From: Octopus sinensis
Lineage: Eukaryota
Assembly: GCF_006345805.1 (NCBI RefSeq)
Contig: NC_042997.1
Span: 159,836,001 to 159,900,000 of the forward strand
Direction: 5' to 3'
DNA length: 64,000 nucleotides
The notes below the pieces were generated by a model, which saw only the letters and a list, made by a program, of their open reading frames with translations, was not told where the DNA came from and did not search any database. The translations under genes and the position numbers were made by a program. This document shows positions 1 through 12,860 of this stretch, piece by piece; position 1 is the stretch's first letter; every line of letters starts with the position of its first letter.

Positions 1-930
1 TGGGTGTAGACAATAAAGCTAATAACGGATAAGGGAGGCGTTATCGAAATTATGGACAGAAGTGAGTATATTTCGCTTAAGAAGAATTTTTAAATGACAA
101 AACTTCATATGAAAAATTAACTGTCGATCCAAACCCCAATTACAGAGAGGAACTTGACAAAATAATTCTGGAAATGGAAGAAAACAATTTCATTAATAAG
201 GTCAAATCAAGGATTTTACAGTCAGAAAGAAGAACACCTGTATTTTATGGTCTCCCTACAGTACACAAAAAATTCGAAAGAATTCCTTTCATGCGCCCAA
301 TTTGCAGCGGATATGAATGATAACAGAAATGTTGATTTATACAGAAGGTGGAACACGTAAAGATTTCCATTTGGTGTACGCGGCAGAATGCACGAAACAC
401 AACTTGATTTATGTTGGTTGTACAACAGAACAATTAAACAAAAGATTTAATGGGCACAGATATGACGTCAGACACAAAACCAATTGTTCAACAGAACTTG
501 CTGAACATTTTGCTTCAAACGGCTGCAATTTTGAAAAAGACTTGAAAGTACATATTCTCAGAAAATATTCTGAATCTGCTTCATTTTCTCTTCTCAAAAT
601 GCATGGGGAGAAATATGTTTGCGGATTATTAACATCAGGCCTAGGAGGAATGAACAAAGTGACAAGAGAATATCATCAAATTTATTCAAAACTGTTTGAT
701 TAAATATTTTATTCTTTCCTCATTTTTTTCAGTTCTTTTCTGTTTTTTTCTTTTCGCTTGTTATAAAATTGAAACTTAAAGACTGATGAGGTCATTTCAT
801 CAACATGTGTACGCTGGTTGCTCTAGTTCATACATTAAATTTAAATTTTTATAATTTTGAATTTTTATCACTTCTTATTTTGAACTCGACAAATACAGGT
901 TTACTGTCGAAATATCGTTCAACCAATAAA
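1..930 (+). mobile_element. Internally deleted Penelope-like element: RT N-terminal part (1-~310) joined to GIY-YIG endonuclease (~330-703) and 3' UTR
   Basis: Manual translation gives RT pre-domain ..RTPVFYGLPTVHKKFERIPFMRPICSG. ORF 317-703 has VYAAEC..IYVGCT..RFNGHRYD..LAEHF (GIY-YIG). The RT core between them is missing. Confidence 0.85.
880..922 (+). ncRNA. Degenerate minimal type I hammerhead ribozyme (U3-A8 core variant)
   Basis: TTGAAC|TCGACAA|atACAG gttta CTGTc|GAAA ta TC|GTTCAA: 6-bp stem I, 4-bp stem II, palindromic ATAT stem III. AATAAA follows at 925. U4 is changed to C. Confidence 0.55.
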
Positions 931-1416
931 CTATCTATTACAATCGAATCGCGCTTTTCGTCTTGACTGTTTACCTTTGTGAAGAGTTACGTCAATCCTT
1001 TTAAAGGATTATTATTATTATCATTTTTATTATAATTATTGAAATACAAATAAAAGTAATAATTTTAACGCATGCGCGCGCACACATATACATACGCACA
1101 TAATAAACATGTCTATACTGAGTATTCCAGACGCATCTTAATATTATCCTTGTATTGTCCTTTGTACACCTTGATGATCCTTCATACAAGGTACTTAAAA
1201 AGCGAAATTATATATTTATAAATGTTTTGTAATTTTAATTTTGCTTCTGAAATGAAACAACTGTAAGTGAATATGTTAATTAATCAATAAATTTATTTGT
1301 ATCCAGTAGATCTCTCAGTTTTCTAACTCGATAAAAATATTTGATATATATATATATGGTGGATTCTCCTATCGAAGACGATGAATGAGGGTTCAGCAAA
1401 TAACCTTCAACAATTC

Positions 1417-1590
1417 CTAACGCTTGCGACACCGCATGCGTACCTTCAATCCACCAGATGTCTTGCAAACTTTCTCACAAATGGTACACTTGCACGTATT
1501 CATTGGATCAAAATGTCTTTTTGAGTGGACAGCTAACCCAGCTTTGCTTCGTGCTTTGAACCCACAGTGACACACACAGTCATTGTTTGG
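1417..1590 (-). pseudogene. Two C2H2-like zinc fingers, probably the C-terminal relic of a non-LTR (RTE-like) retrotransposon
   Basis: Manual translation CVCHCGFKARSKAGLAVHSKRHF..CTICEKVCKTSGGLKVRMRCRKR*. No start codon or splice context. Confidence 0.5.
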
Positions 1591-2339
1591 TGGATTTTGC
1601 TGATATATACTTACCCTTCACCCAACGATAGGTGGTGTATATACGCTTGTTGTCAACCTTTACGCTTTTGCCCGCGGTTGTAGATTTCATTACTAATTCA
1701 GTTCTCAACCAAATTGAATGCAGTTTGTTTTAGCAATGATGGTCCAGTACTAAAATACGTTTGGATATAAAATAATTGAAATTTGGTTCATTAAAAGAAA
1801 TAGTTAGATCATAATATGTGAGGGCAGAAACTGGTGTAAAGCGAAAAGTTAACTTTGAATTAAAATATTTCAATTATTTTTAAAAGTAAATTGGCTTTCA
1901 AAGAATGTGCTCAATAAGAAGTATCTTTTGCTGAAAACTTCGTTTAAAAATTATTCATTTAAAAATAATTAGCTGTGAAAAATGTAGTGCGACATTAAGT
2001 CACAAAAAAATGGTAATTTCAAAATTTGAATTTGTATCAGAATATCTCAGCTATCATAAGAGTAATCTACACAACGGTGGTGTTCAAATAAAATAACTCT
2101 ATGAATAGGAATCTAATTCTGAAAAGTTCGTCGAAAAATATTAGTAACGAGAAGTATATTGTGGATGGGCGACAATGGTGATCATTCTAACAAATCAATA
2201 TATTTTTGTCATTGTAAAATATTTAATGTTATAAAGGCCATTTTGAAAAAATCCTGATTTGACAACATCAATGACTGAAGAGATCACAATACAATGAACA
2301 TACTACGCATGACAGATGACGACTAAACCGTACAGAATT

Positions 2340-2760
2340 TTACCCCAACTACTGGCTGTATTAGTTAAGGGGACTTTGGCAATGATGAGTGCTGTGAAAG
2401 ACAGTATTTGATGTCAAGGACTCATTTAGCCTGATGGCACAGGAGTGTTAGTCGGAATTTTAGAGCGACAAGTTTCGAATGTCTGTAGCGCCTTGCTGGC
2501 CACCTTTGTTTTTTAAGCTGTTGTCACAATTATTCTGCGTTCGAGCTGTGGAGTGGTGCCTTCTCTTGGTCAAGGCACTGTGGCCTTTTACAACGAAAGC
2601 CCTTTCTTAATTCCCTCAAACTATTCACAAAGTTGTCTTTGATGACTGTTTGGCCATAGGGAACCTATTGAATGTATTCCATTCCTTTGATGACAAAAAA
2701 GGGTGTCGTATTCTCGGTGAATTTGCTTTTCCCGACCTTTTGTGTCAGCGAAAAACACAT
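2340..2760 (-). mobile_element. Degraded Tc1/mariner transposase fragment
   Basis: Manual translation FFVIKGMEYIQ*VPYGQTVIKDNFVNSLRELRKGFRCKRPQ..KAPLHSS resembles the mariner FFD.KG..P.GQTV...LR..R.KRP region. Confidence 0.6.
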
Positions 2761-2919
2761 ACTCGGCTCACAGTTAAAAGATATGAAGTCTGGAGCATTA
2801 CCTATGTTACTGTAGCGTTTGTTTCGTAAGTTTAACAGAAGCACTTTATTGCAAAGCGAAGTCTAAAATTAATTTCAAGTCTCGGCATGAAAGTTTACGA
2901 AAATGCTTTCTTTTTTTAA

Positions 2920-3309
2920 TGGACACTGAGTAAAATTGACTGATGGTTTCATGGACTACTCTTATCCACAAGAACAAAGAGACAAGTGTGGCGCCAAACT
3001 ATAAATCCATTGCATACCTGAACGTCATATGCAAACGGTAAACTGTCTGGATATGTTTTTACAACGCCAATGCCAAACAAATGGTGTAATAATCGACGAA
3101 TAGGCAGAAAAAAGAAAAGAGTCTGGGGCTGTTCAGAACAGCCCCTCCCCAACAAAGCTGTCTTTAAAGAAACCAATCACATTGGTGTAAACGTTTAACT
3201 GTATAGCTAAACTACAAGACATTGTTCGACTCTGTGTCTCACTCATGCAGGATAGAAATATTACACCTTGACAAATTACAAGCTGCTGTATTTCAATGGC
3301 ATTCTAGTG
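2920..3309 (+). mobile_element. Degraded R4/Dong-like LINE RT fragment, cut by the assembly gap
   Basis: TLIHKNKETSVAPNYKSIAYLN..WGCSEQ..FDSVSHS segments in shifting frames. Confidence 0.6.
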
Positions 3310-3409
3310 NNNNNNNNNNNNNNNNNNNNNNNNNNNNNNNNNNNNNNNNNNNNNNNNNNNNNNNNNNNNNNNNNNNNNNNNNNNNNNNNNNNNNNNNNNN
3401 NNNNNNNNN
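3310..3409. other. Assembly gap (100 N)
   Basis: Run of N. Confidence 1.
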
Positions 3410-3900
3410 ATAAATCAAGTTGTTTTTCGTGCATTCTGCCGCGTACATCAAATGAGAATCTCTACATATATCCACCGCCGCTCCAATCGTCCACATCATA
3501 TTAATCGGTCAAATCCGAAATACCAATTTTTGAGGATAAAACGGATTTGTACTGACATAGGGGATTACTGGAAACATGCAAATACTTTTGTATATCATTA
3601 TGCCAAACGTGGTTACAGTGAATCACGATTAAAGGAAATAGCAAATGAATTATCTGAGATTAGCAAAGAGAGTCAAACCTTCACGCATAATTTTAGCAAA
3701 CACAATCAATAGATGGCAGAATTCATTCAGTGATTAACTGGCACCGAAATTTCGCTGGCATTTCAAAAGAGTTGCATGAAAATTACCAGCATGTGGCGAA
3801 AAAATATCCTTGTTTCAAACAGATATTTCCTCAGCCACCTATTGTAGCCTTCAGACCGAAGAAGAATATAAGAAAATTATTGATAGAGATATTATTATTT
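3410..3900 (+). mobile_element. PLE fragment: RT thumb/linker on + strand preceded by an inverted GIY-YIG piece (3410-~3465, - strand)
   Basis: + strand STYIHRRSN..QFLRIKRICTD..KRGY..FPQPPIVAFR. The - strand RDSHLMYAAECTKNNLIY matches the endonuclease at 317-703. Confidence 0.75.
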
Positions 3901-4249
3901 CTAATTCTCTCTAAAGGAGACTAGGGCAACTGTAATGTATATTAATAGTTATCGCCAAGCTAATATGGCAGTCCAGAAAAATTGGACGAATGCTGCCGTT
4001 GATTAGCTCCAAGAGGTCATCGCCTCTAGCTAGCTATGTGACACAAACCTGTGTCCATTAAAACCTTCGAACAGGGGAAGTCAGCAGCTTCTCCTTGCAG
4101 CTTCATCCACAGAATAGTTTCGAGGTGTTTGCCTTTTATCAATGTGGTGTAGCCGAACCCAGCAATTCTCTTTATTACGATAAAAACAATCAAACATAGA
4201 AGGAACAACAGAGGACACTACAAACATTTAAAAGGGTTATTTAGCGATT

Positions 4250-7200
4250 TTTTAATGAAAATAAATAAAAATGACTTATATAATAGGTTTTTTTTAAATT
4301 TTGATGTTCCTTCTTTTTAGCTTTTTTAAGTTCCAATTTTTTTTTAAAGTTCCAACGGCTACACCTTTTCTTTTTACCATGGATGAGTTAAGTAGGAGCA
4401 CTCACTCCCAACTTCCTTACCACATCTTTCTATCTTTCTTCATATGCTCTTTTTGAAAGGTGCCTTCTCTCCAGCCCTATCTTGCTTTTCAGGTGGTACC
4501 TGTAGTAATATAGGATTCCAGAGCCGGAGATGAAGGTCCTGACGTCAAACCTTGCATTCTAGTTCTCCATGCACACTCTTTCATAACTGCGACTGTACAT
4601 AGAAAACAAGCCTCACCTTCCTTAGATAATCCGGTGGGCGGTACATTCTTAATAACAAACTCAGCTGATAGCTGTACTCTTCCTAAATGTGACAACACGT
4701 GTTCTACGTAAATTGTCATCTCCGAAAGCTGGGTGCATTGTACAAGAGCGTGCAGGATAGATTCCTTATCCTGCCCGCATCTTGGACATTCGGGTGGCAC
4801 TGAAATCCCGTGCCTAGACAATTTCTCGCAAACAGGTGACGCGTTCCTGAAACACTGCCAGGTCAGGAATCTTTGGTAATTGTCCAAATACCCTACCCCG
4901 AAAGTGTTCCGAAACCGGTTGGATAGCTGGTCCTTATCGAGTCCCAGAGTCTCTCCTAGAACGTCGTCACTTTTAAACTCTACCAACCCTTTGTAAAATG
5001 CAGAGGTGGTATTTTCGCTGCCGGCCTTACCCGCCTTGAAGATTAGTGCAAGCGCCTGCCGACATTCCTTTTGCCATTCAGTCGTGTTTTGTCTTTTAAT
5101 CAAACCAGGTTTAAATTCCTCCAGGGAGGCTGGTCGTGGAAAGAATTCCCCTGCGAGCGAATTCCACACCTGACTACCATCCAGGTGAAGCCAGAGATGC
5201 CTTAGTCTCAGTGCATGTTTGCACATCAGCAGCCACGGCATCCCTAGGCCACTCTTTGACAGCACACGGAGCGCCTCACAAGCGGCTTTCCCCTCCATAA
5301 AAAGCGGAGGAGAGCTCGAACCAGCTTGTTTAGCCACAAATCGGGGCAAGGAACGACGGTCAGGCGGTAACAGACGCAATAAACGTCTGTACCACCTCCG
5401 CCCTCCTTTCAAGGACAGCGCTGTCTGGACCAGGTCCGGATTAGCGCTTCTCTCTTGTTCGTCACCTCACTCTAAATCTTTTACGTCTGGGAGCCTGGAC
5501 CAAATCAGACTCCAAGCAACTTAACAGGACCATCCGTCCAGTGCCCCACGACACTGGACGTCATCGGCTTGCTGCTCCAGGTACCGAGCCGTTAACTTTT
5601 GCCCCTGCCACCGTCTCGTATTTTCTGATTGCCTCCGCTACACGAGGTAGCTGAGTCATCTTAGATGCGGTGATGGTGACGTCATCCGCCTATGCAGAGA
5701 CACTCTTACCACATCCGATTTCATTAGTGGTGCTTCCCAACTTCTCCAACTTCCGCAGCAATGGCTCGAGAGTCAGTACATACCGAAGCGGAGACAAAGG
5801 GCACCTTTGACGAACTGAACGCTTGATTTCGAACGGTTCCGACAGGAAAGCGTTCAACTGAACTGTGGGTTTGATGCCGTCGTAAATGGCCTTGATCCAA
5901 CGGCGGAATACTGGGCCCAGCCCAGCCGCCCCAAGGACTACCGCCAGACACCGATGGTAAACCCTATCGAAGGCTTTACTCTGGTCTAAATGGACCAGCG
6001 CCCCACCTTTACCGGAAACTTTACCCACCCTGTCTAAGGTGTAACATAAGAGATGAAGATTCTTCTGGATCGACCTACCAGGCATGGCAAATGTTTGCGC
6101 CTTCCCGACAAGTTTCTCCGCGACAACCGTCAACCTTTTTGCTAGCACCTTGGCCAAAATCTTTAACTCTACATTTAGGGTCTTTTCTGACCAGTGTTAC
6201 CACTCCCCGACTCACAGAACTGGGATTTCTCCCATTCTGCTGCCAGCTCGTGTACACGCAAGCCAGCATGTGTCCGAACAAGTCCGGCATACTACTGTAA
6301 AACTCGTAGGGCAGACCATCCAGCCCTGGCGACTTGTCCCAAGCACATTCGGCCAGCACCTCTTCGACCTCCGCAGCCGTGATAGACCCTTCACAGCACC
6401 TCGGCTCACTCGCCGAGAGTCGCGGTCTGTCGGCCAGGAATTCCCTTAAGGGCTCTCCATGGTCCAACGCCTCGCTCGTCCCAAACAATCGGGCGAAATG
6501 TTGATGAAAGGCCTTCTGCATCTCCTCTTGTCCTTCGATCAAGCTACCCTGTTCGTCAATTAAAGACTGTACAACGGCTTCTCTGCCTCTCCGACTCTCC
6601 ACACGACGGGCCAATCCAGCAACGTCAATGCCTTCTCTGCCCACCGCGCGTAACTTAGCCCTGACTCTACACCCTTCATGTTTGGCTTGGGGGTGCCGGA
6701 ATAATACCGTTTTCGCCGCCAACACTCTGGATGCAGAGCCTGATGCTATGGCCTCCTCTAATTCCTTAGTTAACTGCCCTTCTAATCTAGTTCCCTCTAA
6801 ATTTAGCTCTTTACTAAATCTAAGTGACTCTAAACGAATGGCTCGTTTGAGGGCGCATCACCATATGTTGTTTACGACAGCTCCGCATAATGCCCTCTGT
6901 ACTAACTCCTTAACTCTGGTACGGAAGACTTTACTAGTCAAAATAGACTTGTTCTACTTCCAGTCCCCGGGTCCCTGTCTATGACACTTAGCTAACTGCA
7001 CCTCACACGTCACAATTGTGTGATCCGTGTAAGAGTCACAGTGAAAATGTGGACAACTACCTATATCTCTGTCAATATCTTTTATTATAACCCTATCTAA
7101 GTAAGACCTGGGTGAACCATCGTTATTAGACCACGTCCACTGTGAAACGAGCGGTTCATCCAGTCTGTAGCGCTCTACTAGTTTATACCTCGCTAGTAGC

Positions 7201-8150
7201 CTTTTTAGGCCAGGGATTCCTTTTCTATTATTCGAGCCTACACTATCCACGTTGAGAATAGTGTTGAAGTCTCCTGTTAAAACTAAAGTTTTCGACGTCA
7301 TTAGGAAATTCTCAAAGTCCTTAATAAAGACCGTTTGACTATCCTCTTTTGGAGCATAGACTGCCACCAACCTGAAGGACTGCTTACTCACATGTGCCAC
7401 ATCTAGAACGACCAGCCTACCTTCTGGGTCTAGAAAGACTGTACTTACCTGTACGTCCAAGCTTTTTTTGACCAGCACCACAACGTCCCTACTCCTTCCT
7501 TGACTCGGAGAAATAAACTTTTCGTAGGCATTCTGAAGAGGAGAGAACGCCTGTGGCCCGTTCAGCTTGGACTCAGTCACTACACATATATCTATCTTCC
7601 GTGACCTGAGGTCGTCTAGGAAGCTTGTATGCTTCCATTTCGAACCCAGGCCACGCACATTTATACACCCTAACTTAATCATCGTGATAAAAATTATTGT
7701 TGTTTACCTTGTTTTTCTTTTAGATTTGAGGAGGGGCTTCACGACTTTCGTCTTCCCCTCCTCCTGTATCTTTTCCATCTGGTGTAGCCATTGGTACTAA
7801 AATAATTTTAGCAGTGTAAGGTGGGGAGTCAGAGCCAAGGGATTTTTTCCTTTTATGAGTTACTACTGCATACTCCATTTGTTCTGTTGTTTCTTTCTCT
7901 TTTTCTGTTTCTTTTGGTTTCTCTTTTTCTTAACTTTTTTTGGTTTTATTTGTTTCTTCCGTCGATTTGATTTTTTCTTCTTTCGCATTTTTTTCCAGTT
8001 GGGGAGGGACCACTTCTTCTGCGTCAGCTTTTTTACTTTCTCGCACTCGGAGCGACGTGATCTTTCTCACCACATTTGTAACATCTAGGCCGCCGCCGTC
8101 CCTCCACCGACACTCTCGCGCTCAACAATCCCTTATGAAAATTCTGTCTG
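4250..8150 (-). mobile_element. Tx1/L1-like LINE, frameshifted: ORF1 3' part with zinc knuckle, ORF2 APE-RT-zf
   Basis: APE start MIKLGCINVRGL..(6954-7682). RT KSPGLDGLPYEFY, LDQSKAFDRV, CPLSPL. C-terminal CPRCGQDKESILHALVQC. ORF1 RCYKCGEKDHV near 8050-8100. Confidence 0.9.
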
Positions 8151-8153
8151 GTC

Positions 8154-11100
8154 TATTATTATTATTATTCAGTGGTTTTATTTTTATAGCGTGCTTTCAC
8201 TTTACGACCGATCGCAGCTCTGTGTACCTTGGGTATGTGCTGTGATTTGTTGTGATGCTCTGATGGTTACTGTATTGAAAGTGTTCTGCGTAGGATATGT
8301 GCAGTGCCCAGTATGTTATATATATTTGCAAGTCCTGGGTTTTTTGTTATGTATTTGTCTGAATATTTTTTATTTTACCTAATGCGCCTACTATGATAGG
8401 AATTGTTTCTGTTTTTAGATGCCACATTCGAGTTACCTCTATTTCAAGGTCTTTGTATTTTGAAAGTTTCTCCATTTTTTTTTTGGAGACACGTTGTGCT
8501 GGTATTGATACATTAATTAGAAAGCATTTTTTCTTCCTGATCTCTGACAAATATGTCTGGTCTATTGTCCTTAATTTCTCTATCTGTGTGTATTGGCATA
8601 TCCCAGAGTATGGTTGCTTTCTCGTTTTCTGTGACCTTTTCTGGTGTGTGCCTATACCATCTTTTTTCTGTTATTATTCCATAGTGTTGGCATAGCTTCC
8701 AGTGTATGTGAGTCCAAACTCTGTCGTGTCTGTGAATATATTCCTTCTGGGCTCTACAACCTTCTATACGTTGTATTTATACAGCCAGAAATATGATTTA
8801 TTTTTTCTTGTCTATCTCCACATATTCTGCAGTTACTTGTTATGTTTCATTTCATTATATGTTTTAGGTAATTTCTGGTGGGGAGGCTTTGGTCTTGTGC
8901 TGCAATTAAAAATCCTTCCGTTTCTGCCTTGAGTCCTGAGCTTCTCAGCAAATGCTGGGATTTTTCTTTGTCTATTTCTTTTGCATTAAGTTTACTCCAG
9001 TATTTGCCATGAAGGGGCTTTTCTTGCCATCGTTTACCATGGTTCGTTGCTGTTCTAGTTTTAGTTTGTATTTCATTTGTTTTATAGCTATTGTTTCTTC
9101 TTCTTCATATTTGTTAGGTAGTATGATTTCTTGTTTGTATTTGTCAGCTTCCTTAAATACTGAGAACAGTATTTTGTTTTGTTCGTGTTTTGCCGCTATT
9201 TGTATCAGTTTTCCTCTCTTCTGAAGTGGATATTTTTGTAGTCCTATAGTGGTTATTTTATAACAGTATAGGCCTCTACCACCTTCTATACGTTGTATAT
9301 ATAGCATTTCTATGTCAGATTTTCGATGATGCATCCTAGATCCTGTCATTTTTTTTTTTTCGTTTTCCTGTCTATTTTGGTTAGTTCATTTAGTGTCCAG
9401 TTAAGGATATTGTAGCTGTATCTTGTAGCTAAAGTGTTAATGCTTATTATCTTGTTTTTATCATTGAGCTCTGTTTTTAGTATTGATATAACTCGTCAAT
9501 AGTATTCTGCTTTATTTTCTCTTTCATTTTTGTGTGTTGTATCATATCTAGTTCATGGATTCCTAAATATTTGTATGTTTCGCTTTGGTCTAATTCTCTT
9601 ATTTCATTGGTTTTATCTAGTGTGATGTTGCTACTCTTAACTAGTTTCAGAGTTGCTTTGGCGCATTTTTCTAATCCAAATTTCATATCTATTTCTTTGG
9701 TAAGTCCATGTTCTGTCTGTAGTAGTATTTCCAGCTGTTTGTCATTTGCAGCGTATTGTTTTAGGCCATCCATATATAAAAGGTGGTTGTTTGTTTTGCC
9801 GTAACATTTGTATCCGCATCCAGTTCTATTTAGCATATCAGATAGAGGTGTCAGTGCCAAGCAGAAAAGGAGATGGGGATGGCTTTGGTTTTCACGAGTT
9901 CCTCTTTTGTTTGGAGCTGTAGCACTGTCTGTCATTTATTCATAGTGTGTCTCATGTATTTTGTAATTATTGGTGCTACCTTGTTAATGGTTATTGTTTC
10001 AAGGATCCACTTGCGTGGAATGCTATCAAAAGCCTTTTGGCAGTCGATCCATGCCATACTGAGGCCTTTCTTCTTTCTGTGGCTGTCTTCAGTTATCTCT
10101 CTATTGATCATTAGTTGATCTTTACAGCCATATGAGCCATTGCAGCATCCCTTCTTCTCTTCTGGAAACAGGTTGTTTTCGTCCAGATGCTTGTTCAATC
10201 TTTGCGATATTACTGCAGTAAAGGCTTTGTACATTGTAGGGAGACAAGTTATAGGTCTGTAGTTTTGTGGTTTTGCCGTTTCATTGGATTTGGGAATTAG
10301 GATGGTTTTCCCTTTGTGAGCCATTTAGACATTGTCTCTGGCTCTGCCAGTATGTCGTTAAAGTTTTCAGCCAGCTTTTTGTGTATTCTTGTCAGATATT
10401 TTAACCAGAATTTGGGGATCTTGTGGTGCCCAGGTGCCTTCCAGTTGCTTAGTGTTTGCAGTGCCTGGGTGACCTCTTCATTTGTTATGGGGTCCAGATT
10501 TGCTCAGGTGCTAAGTTTGTTGTTTTAATAGTATCATTTTTATAGTATCATAATCATTGGGTTCCCCTTCGTTGTTTCCAGGTTTTAGATTTGTTTCGCT
10601 TTCCTTCTCATTCATATATTTCTCTATGGTGTTCTGGTTTGGTGCTTTTTGTACGTTATTATACATCTCTGCGGTCTGGGTTTGTTGTTTTTGTTTACTT
10701 CGCTTTTGTTACGTTTGTCTTCGACTTTTACTATCTCAGTATTTATATTATTTGGCATTGTTGTGTGGCTTCTAACTATATTTTTCTGATGTATTTTTCC
10801 TTTTAAATGTTCTATTTCTATTTCTGATATTTTTTTGCGCTGAGAATATATCTTCGTATGTTAGCTAGTTTATTAGGGTTCATTACTGTATCCAAGTCTT
10901 TATTTAGGTCATTCTTCTTCCATATTTTATATGTATGTGTTGTGTTTTCGTTTGAAATATATTCATCACGTGTCCATTTATGCCTTTTTGATTTTATTTG
11001 CGGTACATGAGGAACAACGTCCGGCCCTTTATTTTGACGGTCATCATTTTCGTAGGGTAACGCGTCCGTTCATTTCTGCTGTCAAATTGTTTTGCACTTG

Positions 11101-11160
11101 TAGTTTTTCGTACTTTTTGTGTAACAAGTTTAAAGTACGCACTTCCCGATTGTTATTCTT
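8154..11160 (-). mobile_element. R4/Dong-like RLE non-LTR retrotransposon, degraded, with 3' (TAA)n tail, inserted into ORF1 of the Tx1-like element
   Basis: RT NYRPITCLPTMYK..AWIDCQKAFDSIP, LLYMDGLK. C-terminal EKLSKYKDLEIEVTRMWHLKTETIPIIVGALG. 3' UTR matches 61270-61430 and ends in the repeat at 8154-8169. Confidence 0.85.
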
Positions 11161-11272
11161 GGAATAATCATTGGTGCGTGTGTTTCTGGTCAACATCAGC
11201 TTGTTTGCTACGAGCCACATACTTGCCGTGCAGAGGTTTCTGTTCCCATCTGCTAGCTAATTTTTCATGCGC

Positions 11273-11274
<2 letters not shown>

Positions 11275-11338
<64 letters not shown>

Positions 11339-11371
11339 CATCATCATCATCATCATGATTATTATTATTAT
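11275..11371. repeat. (ATT)n/(ATC)n compound microsatellite flanked by RLE LINE pieces
   Basis: Seen directly. Confidence 0.95.
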
Positions 11372-12860
11372 TTAAGACGTCGCACAGTATCCAGTATCCT
11401 GATGTTGTTCATTGGAGATATTGTGTCTACCGGGGTTTTGTACTGACTGTCAAGTCACAAGGACCTCAGACAAATATCACTTTACGCAATATTCGTGCAG
11501 TTCTAAGTAATGCCGATTTTTGCAATACACCTAGATCGTAGGGTATTTCTGATGTTTCTACATGCTTCTTCAACTTGGGCAGTATTGAACCCAGTGCTTT
11601 AATGACAACAGGGACAACCTCTATGTTTGACTCTCGTAACTGCCATACCTTTGCGAACTCAATTCTTAGGTCTCAATATTTATCAATCGTTTCTCTTTCA
11701 TGATAGCATGTCACGTTGATTAATAGGCCCTCTTGTTTGTCCCTCTTAAAGGTTACTATTCCGGGACCTCGGTGCTCTAAAATCTTGCTTGTCTGGAAAT
11801 CAATGTTCCAGAGGATTTTTGCCTTCCCTTATTCGTCCATTACTTTTTCCGGTGTATGCACCTATTACCTCGTATCCACACTTCCGGCATAGCAGCCAAT
11901 GGCGGTTTTGATGTTCCTTGTCGTGTCTGTGCTTGTACTGTTTCTGAACAAGATTTTCACAAGCACTAACTATGTGAGTCACGCTTTCGACCCTCTTCCC
12001 GCACATTCTGCAGATGTCCATTGCACTTGTGTGATCTATATCAATTTTCACTGAGTTGATATTCAATGCCTGATCCTGGGTAGCTATAATTGGGCTTTCA
12101 GTTTCTTTTTTAGGTCACTCTTGCTGAGCCACCTCCATGATGCTTCTTGGTCTTTTAAGTAGTTAGTTCGATAGTGGAACTGTAATTCCATGCGGTATAG
12201 GGTTCCTTTTCTCTATCGTTGGCCGTTCGTGATTGGAATTCATGAGCGCTCTTAAGCCCATTTTTGGTAAATCCTTCTGCATTAGCAGCATAGTGTAGCA
12301 AGTCTTGTTTTTATTTACAAAGTATTTCTGCCATGGTACTTATTTTCACTTTGGTGCACTCATCCCACATTTACTTTTACACCTCTTCGCGTACAGCCTC
12401 TGTATATTCGCTTTAGGTTGGAGGACACCATGCATTATCATTGTTTTCGGGGAGTGTGATCGAGTTTGTGAATCTCCGCTTGTGTCTATCTCAGGATGGT
12501 AGCACTTTAGCGGACTACAGCAATTGCCCATATGTCAATGGCAGTCACAAGTTTCCTTGGGCTGAGTTTTGATTTCAAAAGAAGTTTGGGGTGCTTCGAA
12601 TATGTAGTGATGATTTTGTCTTTTATTTCTCTGTGCAAGATATTGTCCAGCACCAGGATCCCAAGGTACTTGAACCCATCATCAATTGGGTATTCAATTC
12701 TCTCTCCTTTGGGCAATCCTATGCCCCTACAATCTCTCTTTTCTCTCGTTTCTAAGTGAGCACTGCAAACTTCGAGATGCTGAATGTCATCCCTATATCC
12801 TTGCTGAACATCTGCAGTCTCAACCAGCCTCTCTCTTTCAGGCTCTGTTTTTGCGAACAG
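11372..12860 (-). mobile_element. 5'-truncated R4/Dong-like LINE (different 3' UTR subfamily)
   Basis: FKYLGILV..AIDIWAIAVVR, CRMCGKRVESVTHIVSAC..HRHD zinc-knuckle region. The 3' end abuts the microsatellite. Confidence 0.8.
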
